64,000 nt of DNA from Antedon mediterranea (Eukaryota > Animalia > Echinodermata). The stretch covers positions 20,457,648-20,521,647 of the forward strand of contig NC_092673.1 in NCBI RefSeq assembly GCF_964355755.1, in the 5' to 3' direction. The notes under the pieces were generated by a model. That model did no database searches. It saw nothing but the letters and a program-made list of their open reading frames with translations, and was not told the DNA's origin. The translations under genes and the position numbers were made by a program. Positions 25,486 to 37,995 of the stretch are shown here, in pieces (position 1 is the stretch's first letter; the number at the start of each line of letters is the position of its first letter).

Positions 25486-27941
25486 ATGGCTACATCACCA
25501 ATAACAGAACAAATAATCATTGGAGTTCTGCGCTTACCAAGTGTGTTTATTCTTGAACATCTATATCATTTAGAAGAGACAGAAAATGCTACATATAATA
25601 TTGTGAAATACATTGATATATGCATTTCCTTTGTTGGTGAGTAGAAATAGTTCCATTGATTATGTTAAATTTAAATTTGTTATATCCCTGGATCAAACAC
25701 GTATGGAAACATACTCCCATAATGCAGCTAGTAATCAGCGCAAAGTTGTGTCTTGATCTAACCGGGTTCCCATTTAATACACCTGGGTGGGGAAAGGCAA
25801 ATGTAAGTAATAATAATATGGCTTGCCTAAGGATACAAGTAATGTAGCGAGAGTTGGATTCGAACCACGACCTCATGATCAGTAATCAAGCGTCCAAACA
25901 CTGTGCCACACATCCTTATCTCCATTGAGATACCCACAGCACTGAGCAATGTAATTTTTTTCAGTAATTTATCCTATGGATTTAATTAATTTAACATTTT
26001 CGAAAATCCTTAGCATTTTGTTTTTTGGTAATATATGTTGTGGCGAAAGTAAATTAATCGAATCATAGACAAATCATTTCAAATTATTTGTCTTATAAAA
26101 TATTATAAATAGTTTGGTTTAAACTGCAATTACATAGCTATTTATTTGTCTTGTTTATATTTGTTAACACTAAATATTCAATCTTTTTTATAGGTTATGT
26201 TATTGCCTTGACACTTTTGGGTCTTCCTGTTCATCATTTGAAGTCCATCTACAAACACATTTCACCTTTGTTGTTTTTACTCTTTTCAAGAACATTGTTC
26301 ACAATTTTTCAAGATGAACAAAATGAAGTTTTTAATTCTTATGTTAATATTGCTTTAACTGTCATGCATGGTTTTATTATTCTTTTGCTGGTGAAACATA
26401 ATTATTTCGGGGTGATGACATGTTTGATAGTACCGATGATTAGTATGATGTTCATGAATGAAAGTATAAAATCCTACCGGGTGTCATTTTGGGTTACTAT
26501 GATCATCACTTTGCATTCTTTGGCACGTAAATTTAGGCCATTTATTAATATATTTAATGATGGTTTATTGAAAGCAATGAATTTTTTTCAACAGCATAAT
26601 ATGATGTACTCAATTCCCTTTGTTTTAAAAGTGTTATTCGTACCTTCAGTATTTGCCTGTTTCTGGATAGTACAGTTTGCTATTAACTTTAGTTATCTTA
26701 ATTTTGATGAAAATGCATTTAAAGATAGGTGGCTGATTATGGTGTTTGCTATGGCTGCTGACAGTTGTAAAAGTCTGTGGACTTTAATGGGTCTGTGTGC
26801 ATTTGTGTCATATGCTGCATATTGTATACACAACGGTTGTAGAATCTATCTAATGGGTTTCAACGGACAACATATACAATATACAGAACAGTTTAATGGC
26901 GCAATAGAGGGCATACTTTTCCTTTTCCTGGCCTTTCAAGCGCAACTATTATCTTCCGAACGGATACAAAAAATGTTTATAATAGGCATAGTGTTGTTTA
27001 TTGTGTTATCTTCAACACTTGGCACATTGTATGAAATGGCAAATCCTGTGTTATTACTATTGAGCTCAAGTAACAATAGGAATATTCTAGATCATGTGAG
27101 GGTACTTAGTTTTATTCTTGTTCTACTCGTCATTCCGGTAACCATGACCTACTACTTTATTCAAGTTTTTAGCGCGGACATTTGGATTGTAATCATATCA
27201 TTGGGTTGTTTGCTAACATCAATTAACACTCTAGGTTCCCTGATGGTTTACGTTTTGTTCATGATTGATAACTTCCGAAGTGAACCTTGGGAAAATCTTG
27301 ACGATGTTGTGTACTTCATTCACGGTTTTGGTCATCTCGTGGAATTTATAGTAGCCATTTGGGGAGTTTGTTTAGGCGGTTTTGATGCACTTTCCGAATT
27401 AAGTATAAAAAATGGAACGTTTATACTTGTACACTTTTATTTTAATGTATGGCAGAGTGCAAGAAGCGGTTGGAAAAGTTTAAAGTTACGTAGAGGAGCA
27501 ATGAAAAAAATCACAACGTTAAAGCAAGCAACTGTAGAAGAATTAAACTTGTTAGATGATGTTTGTCCAATCTGTTACGAGAAAATGGCAACTGCTAGAA
27601 TCACACCATGCCTGCATTACTTTCATGGGGCATGCCTTAGAAAGTGGTTGTACGTAAAGGATGAATGCCCCATGTGTCATAGGTCAATCAGTGAAGAGAA
27701 CCTAAGGCAAGATACCGCTAATGGACAAAGCGAACAAGTGAGATTAAATAATTCTGTAGAATCAGTATTGAGGACGGAAGAAAATTCAACTGATGTGATT
27801 GAAGAAAATAGTACTGATGAAGTAGCACCAACTGTGTTGGAAGAAAGCACGGACAATCTTAAAAGAACTACATTTGAACAAAACACTGATGGAGCAACAA
27901 GTACTACAATTGACCAAAGTACTGACAAAACATCTGAATAA
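25486..27941 (+). CDS. RNF145: ER-membrane RING-H2 E3 ubiquitin ligase RNF145, ~632 aa, 2 coding exons
   Basis: Exons 25486-25636 and 26194-27941 (phase 1, 1899 nt). RNF145-type motifs VLRLPSVFIL, GYVIALTLLGLP, NGAIEGILFLFLAFQ, IVLFIVLSSTL..LYEMANPVLL, YVLFMIDNFRSEPWENLDDVVYF. RING-H2 CPIC..ITPCLHYFHGACLRKWLYVKDECPMC. Confidence 0.9.
25700..25912 (-). mobile_element. Degenerate tRNA-derived SINE (CORE-like) in RNF145 intron
   Basis: Minus strand: A-box-like TGGCACAGTG, B-box GGTTCGAATCC, then TCCTTAGGCAAG...CCACCCAGGTGTA.TAAATGGG.ACC. Confidence 0.55.
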
Positions 27942-29544
27942 GCAATGTAACTAGAAGCTTGAATCCCACAAATATCAGATCTTTTTATCATAGTCCTCTA
28001 GAACTGTCAGTGTTCCCTTCCCGTTATTATAGACTGCTGGTGCACACCTTCCATGCCATCCAATCCTTAAAGCCCTTTCTACACTATCAAACTGTATGTG
28101 TCAACAACATGTGATGTGGCCATATATGGATGTCATCACATTTAAGCACATCACACTTTTTTTTTGTAAACTATTTTGATAGTGTAGACAGAGCTTTACT
28201 GATCATGCAACACCGTTTTCACCATACCATACAGACTACTCCCAACTACTGGGCCCAATTTGGATCTTGGTTATATCCATTTTATTTATAGTACCATATA
28301 TTATTAAAAAGAAAAACAAGTCTTAAGACAATACATAGTTTTATTGAATAATGCTCAGAAGAATACATAACATTATATATTTGTATATTAGAAAGCTTTT
28401 AAATCTGTACAAAAGTAAATAAGAGGGCATGGCTTCCTAACATATGTTAAGGTTCAGTAGGTATAACACTGTATACAAGAAATAATTATGTACGTAGGTT
28501 TGTAAGGCCTACAAATATCCAATGATAAATCATACCAGGTATGTATCAACATAACTTAATTTTGAAGTATGGTATAATATATTTTATTTTTTATAACAAA
28601 AATTAAATTTTAAAATGATGTTCTATGCTTATTGTAGTATTCCTTGTTTAACTTACTGTGACTCGCAAAAAGCCTTTAGGATTCATGGGGATGGCTACAC
28701 CAGATATATTTACATTCAGTGTTGTATATTTCAATGGATTGGTTGTAAAAAAGATTTATGAAACAAGAACCTTTGTTGTAGTTTATTGTACAAATATGAA
28801 AACACAAACAGCAGTTTATAATTTAGTAAAATAATACTGCAAGCCTAATAATACATAATTGACAATAAACCTCCACCAGCAAACACAGTATCATTCGAAT
28901 GACATATAGGCCTACACAATCATGGGGGCACCACTGTACTTTCTGTTGCTGCCGATAACAGTATATATAATTCTTTTGGCGCTAATTAATGCAGTTTTGT
29001 ACCCACCCCTTTACATTACTCAAACTTGTTTCAATACTTCAGCCAACCTACTCACAGGTTGTCTACAACATCCTGTAAGCATACAATTGTAAAAAATCGA
29101 TATTTTTTTATTTATAACTATTTTTAATCAATTAATAAGTAAGCACACTTCAGAAATCCATCGCCAGCTTAGCTTTATGAAAATCATCACTACGGGGAGA
29201 ACAATGGTGGCCGGCCATAACATGTGCAGTGGCGTGGCTCGTTTACCTAGTTGTATTGTGAAATATATTTTATCGAAAAAATTAAAACAGCTTTCAAAAC
29301 TACATCAAAAATGTTTACAATACACATAACATTGATATTTGTTAGGGCATCATCCATTCACCACTTTCTCTTACTCAAATTATAATATATTGTATTTGTA
29401 TTGGTTGTAATATAAATAAGAATAACTGCTACTTTGAAGATCTCTTAGGACTAGGCTTTTTACTAGACTAATGTTGTGTTTATGTATGAAGGATATGAAA
29501 ATTTAAAGGGAAGATCTCACTTCTGTGACAAGAGTAGCTTTGTT

Positions 29545-32500
29545 TCAGCTCTCTAGTGTAGACGACAATTCACCATTTTCATTCAGCTCCTGTGAATGAG
29601 AAACAACAAAATGAACAGGTACATAGTGTATAATGCATCCAGCTCACATCAGGACGGTAGGTGATTCATCTGCGCATGTATAGAATATACAAGCCCTACA
29701 TTGATGAATGGTGTTTACCCGAAAGCTCTGCTAATTTGGCTGTTTTATTCTATCATTTTGATTTACCTTTAAATTGCTTATTTATTTTGTATCTCCATTG
29801 AGATCCAGTCAGTGATACCCACAGCATTGTCATTTTTTCAGTAATCTGCCTTTGGATGTATATAAGGACAGTATATACATGGTACCACTATCAGCAGGTT
29901 CACAGCAAAAATTGAAGGAGTAACTTTTTATATACGTAGGCCTACTGTAGTATATTGGGCTCTACAGTTTCCCTAATCATTATTAACATTTTTAAAACAT
30001 TTTGGGGAGAGCCCAAAAAAGTCTTGGTTTTAAAGAAGAATATTACAAAAAATGAAAGCAAACCTTTATGATGTCCAAGCCACCAATCAGATCTCCTTTA
30101 AGATATACTTGTGGATACGTTGGCCAATCAGAATACTTTTTCAAGCCTTGCCTCACATCATTGTCCGTTAGTATATCAAATGTGCCAAATTTAATTCTAT
30201 AAAAAAACAAAGACTTTTGTAAATTTATTTGGACATTTATGCTCTAGTCTATAGGCTATTAAAAGTATCAGTTATGTTCAGACGGCCTTAAGTTAGGTCA
30301 AAATTATATGTGTGTTTTACTTTTAAAGAGCATCCACACGATGACTAAGGCAAAGTGAATTAATTTGCCAGCTTTGAAGAAATAGTGTCTACATAACGCT
30401 ACTATGGTAGCGTGTATGATTGAATTTCTTGTGTAGCATATTTATTCATAAGACTTCGGAGTTGAATTGTCTTTGGTAAGGTTGAAGTAACTTAATACAA
30501 AGAGTGTTTTCACAGCCACTACCCAGGGCTTACAACAAACAGACTGCTACTTCAGAGCTTACTTCTGAATCATCGGAACTTAGTATATTGTACAGAAGGG
30601 TTTATTTGGGTGTAATCTAATATGGTAACATTGTGTAATCAAATAAGTACCCACTAGAAAATGCAAAAAATTGTATCAAAATGCTTGGTAAATTGTAGAT
30701 CAATAAATTCTACTACAAATAGAAATGTGTTGTAATACAATATTGTTGTGTATATAATAAATGTGGTGGGGCATTTATTTGAGGAAATAAATAAAGGCTA
30801 TGGAGAAGTGGGATTTTATTCAGTATGATGTTCTATGGAGGACATTTCTTCGAGGGAGAGTTTATTTGAACAAATACGGTATGTGTGCACTGGAATATGC
30901 TTGATTGAAAACTAACTAACAAGTATTATTATTAATAAATTATGAAAATATGATAATTACTCATTTTCCTTGAGGATGGTGATGAGTGTACGGCTAAAAC
31001 CACAACGAGGCTCCTCAGGATCGCCCTTCATGAAAACCATTATTGGACTTTTATTTATTATACTTTTTAACCTGAAAAGGTATAAAATAATGATATTACC
31101 ATACTACTCAACACAATTTAAGAAACACTTGATGTTTTGCCCCCCGAAAACATGAAAAACAAAGATTAATATAATCACACTTTGAATAGGCTATTTTGAA
31201 GCTTTAATATTAAAGTTATCACTTTCATAGAAAACAAAAAAGAAAAAATAATGTTTTCACAAAAAGACAAAATAAATGAATAGTAATTTAAATAATAATA
31301 AAATAAAATAAAGACTAATCATGATAATCATATTTGAACAGGCCATTTTAAAGGTTTAATATTACAGTTAATCACAATAAATGATGTTTCACATACAAAA
31401 AGACAAAATAAATGGTTTAATAATAATAATACATTTTTGCTTGAAATTACAGGTCAATCCAATTTTTGGGAAAACTGAAAAAATATTAAGTAACATTAAA
31501 ATTGCATTTCAACAAAAAAATGTTAAGAAATTATTTTTTCAGGGGGCAATACATTTTTATATATAATAGAAAACACGATGCTGATTCAGATAAGTATAGT
31601 TTTGTTTGATGAACACCAAAGAGATAAAAGATGAGTAGGTCAATGAATTATCTGTTGTTTATTATATTTAAAAATACTTGCTCTGCTAATTTTTCTGGCT
31701 GTTTTATCATTTTGATTTAGCTTTTCGCTTTTTTTTTGTATCTCTATTGAGATCAGCCACTTTTTCAGTAATTTGCCTTTGGATTTATATTTAAAATAAT
31801 AAATATTTTTTATTTAAACAGATAATTCAATATTAACCACCATTTAAGCTGTTTTTTAGTTTTATGCCAAAATTGTTTATATCTACCAACCTATCTTCTT
31901 TCTTTTGAAATGAAATATACTGGGTAACTTCTTCAGTCAAAGACTGGTCTCCCAGAGGGCCCAGTTATGATCAGTGGCTGTGATGTACTAATACACCGGG
32001 GTAACCCCCTACTCTTCTCGAAAGATGTACTAGGTTCTTTAAAGTGCACACGAGCTAGATGTGTACACTGGACCTACGGTTTATAGTCCTTATCCGAGAA
32101 GACTCGTTCTACCACCAGAACCATGGATTGAGTGAGCCTTGAACCTCTGCCGATGTTAGGGCTACGTAATTACGGTTCCACTGTCTTAACCGCTTGGCCA
32201 CTCACTCACTCACTCATATTCTACCAAATACTATCTCCACCCTCTATTCACCAGCCTTGTGCCTCTTTTGTTTTGCGCTTGCCTGATATATGTCTATCTA
32301 TCTTTGTCCAGTACATTGACTTGCACTGATGAAGGGCTACTGTAGTGTTGCCCGAAAGCTCTGCTTTTCTGGCTTTTTTAATTTATTGTTTTGATTTAGC
32401 CTATTGCTTATTTTATTTTGTATCTCCATGGAGATCCAGCCACTGATACCCACAGCATTGTCATTTTTTCAGTATTTTTCCTTTGGATTTATATTTAAAA

Positions 32501-35500
32501 ATAATTATATTTCTTACCGTTTTTCTATACTTTCAACTTTAGGGAGTGTAGACTCCAAGTCACCTGACTCTTTCATTTCTTTAATAATATCTAACCCACC
32601 AATCAGCTCGCCTTTAACATAAACTTGTGGGTAGGTTGGCCAATCAGATAGCTTCTTTAATCCTAGAAAGGAATATGAAATAATAATATGTCTGGGTATC
32701 TACAAATGAATACTGTACTATATTATGATACCCAGAACTCTTGAACAATAAATGGTTATTAAACCCATGTAAAATCATTTCTTAATTCAAAATGGGCTTA
32801 GGGCCAATTTACAGAGATGAGCGGTAATGCTAATAATAAATATAGAATCAATGTTTTTCCTTATGACCATTTACACACAGCACAGACAGCTGTTATATGC
32901 AGATTATATGCGAGACAAGCTATGTGGTTTACCGCTTTCTGTTACCGCTCGTCGTAAATCGGCCTTTATAGTAAACACCAGTATACTTATGCGTCACTTA
33001 TTTTGGTCTGAATATAGGCCTATTATAAATATTTATAATTACAGGTAGTATTACAATCATAATCAATTATTGACATAATTTAACAGAAGCTTTTGGTTTC
33101 TTTTGCTGAAATTAATATAATAAACATAAAATAATAAATAAAATAACCTTTACCTTGTCTTACACTGTCATCTGTAAGAATATTAAAAGTACTAAACTTA
33201 ATATTTGACTCATTGAAGATTTGAACCAACTGTTTACTGAATCCACATCTTGGTTCCTGAGGTGTGCCCTTTATAAAGACCATACAAGTGTCTGCATTTA
33301 CCAGTCTCTTCAGTTTTGTGTTCAAATCCTGTAGATATATAATCAGACTTGCAATGTAAATTCGGCAGTTAATATGTATTGTTGACAAAAACATGAAAGA
33401 TAAAGATTCATTCAATATCAAACTCTGAATAGGTTATTTTGCATTTTTAATAAAGTTAATCACTTACATAGAAAAAAAATGGTTAAATTCAACCAAAAAC
33501 CCATTGGCTGGCAGCCAATTTGTAAATACATTTGTTTTCGATCCAATTTTTTGGTCAAAATGGATGACTATTATGTGACATTAAAATGGCATACTCAGGG
33601 GAAAATGCATCTTTAGTAGGACATTTCTATTGGTTTTATTTTTGACATAAATACATTAAACGAACACATCACTGTAATATCAGTGGGATTATAGAGTTCT
33701 GCGGTGCTGACGTCACACGGTAGGTGGCGCTGCATGGTTGCTAGCAAACCAAAAAATGCATTCAACCTGCCTGAGTGACTCCAAGTTAAAAAAAAAAAAA
33801 AATATTTGTTTTTAATAATCTACTTAATCTTCAACTACAGTTTAAGTTTAAAAAAAATCAAGCTAAGATACATAATTTCATAGAAATACAGATCTATACA
33901 GTTTATCAACATAGTACAGTAGCGTTGAACGCATTTTTTAGTTGGCTAGCAACCATGCAGCGCCATCTATCGTTGTGATGTCACACCGCAGAACTCTATT
34001 CAGGGGCGGAGCCAGCATTATAGATTAGGGGCTTGGGGAGGGGGGGCTAAATATTTAATGATAAAAACAATCTGTTGAGTTGCAAAAAAAAAAATGTATT
34101 TTAATTTTAAAAAGACATTGCTGTTAAATTTTAGGGGATGGGGGTAAAGCCTGTTTAGCCTCCACCTAAATCCATGGCTGTTGTTGTACATCTACAATGA
34201 TGATGATGAACTTACCTCTGATGGTTGTGGTGGTGCTGGAGGTGCTGGGCTTGCTGTATTATCCACGTGATGTTGAACTTTTTTAGTTAATTCTTGTGGA
34301 TTAGCTCCATCCAGCGAATCAATTTTCTTCTCACTCTATTTTTCACAAAATAATATAAGATTTATTATGGTTTAAATTAACTTTCTATTGACTTATGGTT
34401 TTTTTCACAAAAGTCATTCACAAAAATTTATATTTGAGTACCGGTAAGTAATAACTTGTGGTAAATACTAAATTAAAAAACCAACATATATACAGATTTA
34501 GCATTAGCATAGAATAGCATATACTGTATAATTTATATCCCAAGCCAAAATAAAATTGGAAAAAAACAAAACAACAAAACAACTATGTTATAAGAAAAAA
34601 ATACAGTAATTGAAATGTGTTAAAGAGATAATTAATATGTAAAATAAAAGGAATGCAGTACTATTGTGTAGGGAAAACATAAAAACAAAAAACAACGGAA
34701 AATGTCATAAAAAAGAATTGTATGTAAACAGATGATAACCCAAAAATGTCATAACCCATGAACTATCAGGTAATCAACTAACTACCAATAGCGAAATGGT
34801 TTTTTTTTTCATGAATATTAAGCCACTCATCTAGAACCAGAAGAGTCATAAATATGTTACTTTATAGTTTTAAACTTTTATTACAAAACTGGTATCGTTT
34901 TACAGATGAATGGGAACAGCTACTATACAGTAACAGGAGAAACTTCAATAACCTTTCATTCATATCAACAGAGAAAAAAACATTTTACTCAATTCTTGTA
35001 TTGAAAACCGAACTAGAAAAATGAAACCGAGAATAAGAATACAGTATATTGAAATTGGAGACATAAGCTCATTACCTTGATAAAAACAAACGAAGGGACA
35101 GCAGTAATAGAATACCGATGAGATATTTCTGCAACACTCTCAGCTTCAATCTGCAAGATAAAGAATAATTTACATTTTTTAAGGTGTCACTCAAAATAAT
35201 TCATAGAATAAAAAATATATAGTTTGCTAACCGTCATCAAATTGACTTTTTTTTTCTATTCATCTGTAAATTGTATGAATATTATAAAGTAAGAGACAAG
35301 GGTATAGCAACATATCCACCATGTATATAATTATATTATTATTTATGTAAAAAATTTCATCATGATATGTAGTGTCCTGATGTACGGTGTCATTGATATA
35401 TTTTTTTAAATAATTATTCAAAAAAGTTTTCGTTGAATATGCCATTTATTGTCACATATTGGTTCACTACTCTTACCAAAAATCGAATTGGAAAAAAAAC

Positions 35501-37598
35501 TATTTACCTGAAAAAAACTAAATTCAACACAAAAAATAAATGGAAGTAAATTGTTTTTGATTGAATTTAACCATTTATTTTGACTTTAAATAAGTGAAAA
35601 CATTATTTTATTTTTTATTGCGGAAATGATGAACATTATTAAAACTGCAAAATGGCCTATTTAAAGTGTTTTTAAATTATCTGCATTTTTCATATTTTTG
35701 GGGAACAATACATCTTTAATTATATAAAACAATATAGATTCTCATTTTGCAATAAAATTGTAAAAAAATGTACACAGACATACAGGTACTACAACAGGTA
35801 CTGTATATCAAAATACACATTAATGTTCAATTTTAAATTATGTATACAGTGTACTTACTTTTAAAAAGGAAGTTTGTAAAAATCTAGTGGATAACTCTTT
35901 GACAACAGAGTCCATAACCTGACATTGTGGAGCCCAGTCAGCTCTGAAGTATGCCACAACCAATGCACTATAAACAATAAGAAACACCGCATATGCTATT
36001 TAGGAATCTCCTGTTCTCGAAAAGGCTTTGTAGGATAGAATAGTCTAGCTAATGGGTTGTTCCATTTAGGGCAATTTTTTTTTATATTTTTTATTTATTC
36101 CACATTTATTTAGTCATCAATTACATCATAATTGCAATACAACTGATAACAAGGATCCTGCATAGCTGTAGTTTTGTTTTTTTTGTAGGACCCTTTTACA
36201 TAGAACAATATAAGTAAATAGAATTTAGATAAAAAAACAGTCATTTCCCAATGGAGTAGACGTGTGCCCTTAACATGTTAGAAAGGTAAAATCTTTTCTA
36301 TACTGTAGAGGAGATACATTTACATTACATAAAAAAAGCTCTAAAAACACAGGACTGATAATCAAAATGTATTATTTTATCTTTGTTTGTGCTAATACGT
36401 ATACAAATGTAGTTTGCGGATTTCATACCATTTTCTTCTAATCTTTTCTTAAAGTTTTTTAAATTAATATTTTATTTGTTACTATGCTCTTTAGTAGGTC
36501 ATACAGGTAGTTTGGATAGGGCACTGCGTGAATATGGCTCTGTTGTGAAGTGAGACATGACAACAGTCTGTGTGACTTTACAACCCTGTACTTCTGATGC
36601 AGTGTTTGAATGCAAAAACTGACGGATAGGATAGGATTCTTTGGTTATCGGTTCTTTGGTACTATGGTGTGGGCTTGTTACTGTCAGCACTCAGCAGACA
36701 ACTTACTGTGGATGGTCATTGTTCACTAGATATAATACAGGACGAGTAGGCTGCGGTTGGTTAGTATTTGCATTTGAGGTTTCCTATTTAAAAGCGTTAA
36801 AGTTGAAAACAAATCAAAACCAGAATAATGACTAAAAATGTTCATGTTCAAAGTGTTAATCAACAATTTTAAAGTGGTCATCCATTTTGCAACAAGGAGC
36901 AGTTTTGTCAAGATTCAAGGACAGGCTTTGAAAAAATTTTAATATTTTATCACTAGGCCTAGCGATAAAATAAAAGTGATATACCATAATAAAATCCTAG
37001 TATTTATTTCGGATATATAATGCTGTCTCAATTGCAGTTTTAATATTAATGTGTCAAAAATTGAAATTGAGATACAACAGAGCAAAAACAAAAATTAAAA
37101 AAAACAATTTTCCAATTCAACAACTTGCTCAAAAATGTTAAAGTATCAATTTTCGATATATTATTTATAATTCAACACAAATGGTGTAAAACCTGTCAAA
37201 AGTGCTGCAGGTTGTATTTTAGAATGATTGATAATTGAAGCAGGTGCGAGAAGTGCAGAAACATTACGTTTTATCATGTTAGTTTGCCGTCAAGACAAAA
37301 ACATAAACAAATTACAATATGGACCGAAACGACTTAAGTTTAGATCATTCACTCTGAAACCACCTAGGCCTAACTCCTGCTGCCCATTTAAAGACCAGAC
37401 GGGTTAGACCTTCACATGCCTAGCAGCTTAACAATGATAACAGAGCAAAATACAGCAATTTATTCTTATTTTGTAATTGAAATCGGCACACAAATACTTA
37501 ATGATGGTACTATAGTTGAATTACCTTCCTGCATTTTGTGTACTTTCGTTGAAATCTTTTTCTGTTGAAACGATTTTCACGTTGTCAGTGGCCGCCAT
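29545..37598 (-). CDS. GLRX3: Glutaredoxin-3 (PICOT), Trx domain plus 2 monothiol Grx domains, ~328 aa, 9 exons
   Basis: Exons 37598-37525, 35967-35859, 35150-35076, 34335-34216, 33328-33154, 32662-32518, 31071-30961, 30196-30064, 29589-29545 (987 nt, GT-AG, in frame). WAPQC Trx-like site, and two KG.P.EPRCGFS plus [20 protein letters not shown] motifs. Confidence 0.95.
31926..32210 (-). mobile_element. tRNA-derived SINE with Deu/Nin-like domain
   Basis: Head GAGTGGCCAAGCGGTTAAGAC...GGTTCAAGG. Core TTCTCGGATAAGGACTATAAACCGTAGGTCC...GCACTTTAAAGAACC...TTCGAGAAGAGTAGGGGTTACCCCGGTGT resembles the recalled DeuSINE/AmnSINE domain. Second copy at ~13983-14249. Confidence 0.7.
32220..32500 (+). mobile_element. 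Penelope-like terminal-repeat fragment carrying a minimal hammerhead
   Basis: GCA-CTGATGA-A-GGGC...GCCC-GAAAGCTC-TGC at 32323-32364, followed by a ~140-bp tail. The tail is also found at ~29700-29860, ~31680-31795 and ~25917-25985. Confidence 0.55.
32860..32968. mobile_element. Short MITE (Harbinger-like), related copy at ~8400-8520
   Basis: Imperfect TIR AGGGCCAATTTAC..A.GAGCGGTAA / TTACCGCTCGTCGTAAATCGGCCT. Confidence 0.5.
33691..33999. mobile_element. Non-autonomous TIR element with ~75-bp inverted ends in GLRX3 intron
   Basis: ATAGAGTTCTGCGGTG..GACGTCACA.CGGTAGGTGGCGCTGCATGGTTGCTAGC matches the reverse complement of 33923-33999. Confidence 0.7.
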
Positions 37599-37995
37599 GT
37601 TTCGATTTTCACAAACCTTCGCGCCACCTCCTTGGTAGCTAGAGGTATATTTGCGGGATATTTAAAGTAAAGGCCGGAGGAATTCACATGACTTTGCCTC
37701 GGGGCTTATATCAGTAAAAAATAAAACATTTTCATGTATATTAGGTCAGGTTTAAAAGCTTTACTGTTGAGAAGTGTGTGAGAAAGGCGCAGCTGAGGAA
37801 AGAATGGAAATTCATGACAGCCAATCTGTTTCGAGCGGAGGACACAGACAGGTGACAGGTGATATGTCACATGTGTCTAGCTCTCCAGAACCAGCTCTGT
37901 ACCATGGTTAGGAGGACTGAGCTAAGAACATTTTGAAAACAAGAGCTGCTAGATCTTCATAAATTGCAATTTGTACTTTGAATGCCAGACCTATA

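Noticed and set aside
29503-29547. GLRX3 TGA followed by an open extension ending in SSL (possible readthrough/PTS1 or selenocysteine)
   Set aside because: The stop context is TGA-A rather than TGA-CTAG, the protein already ends at the usual family position, and no SECIS was recognised.
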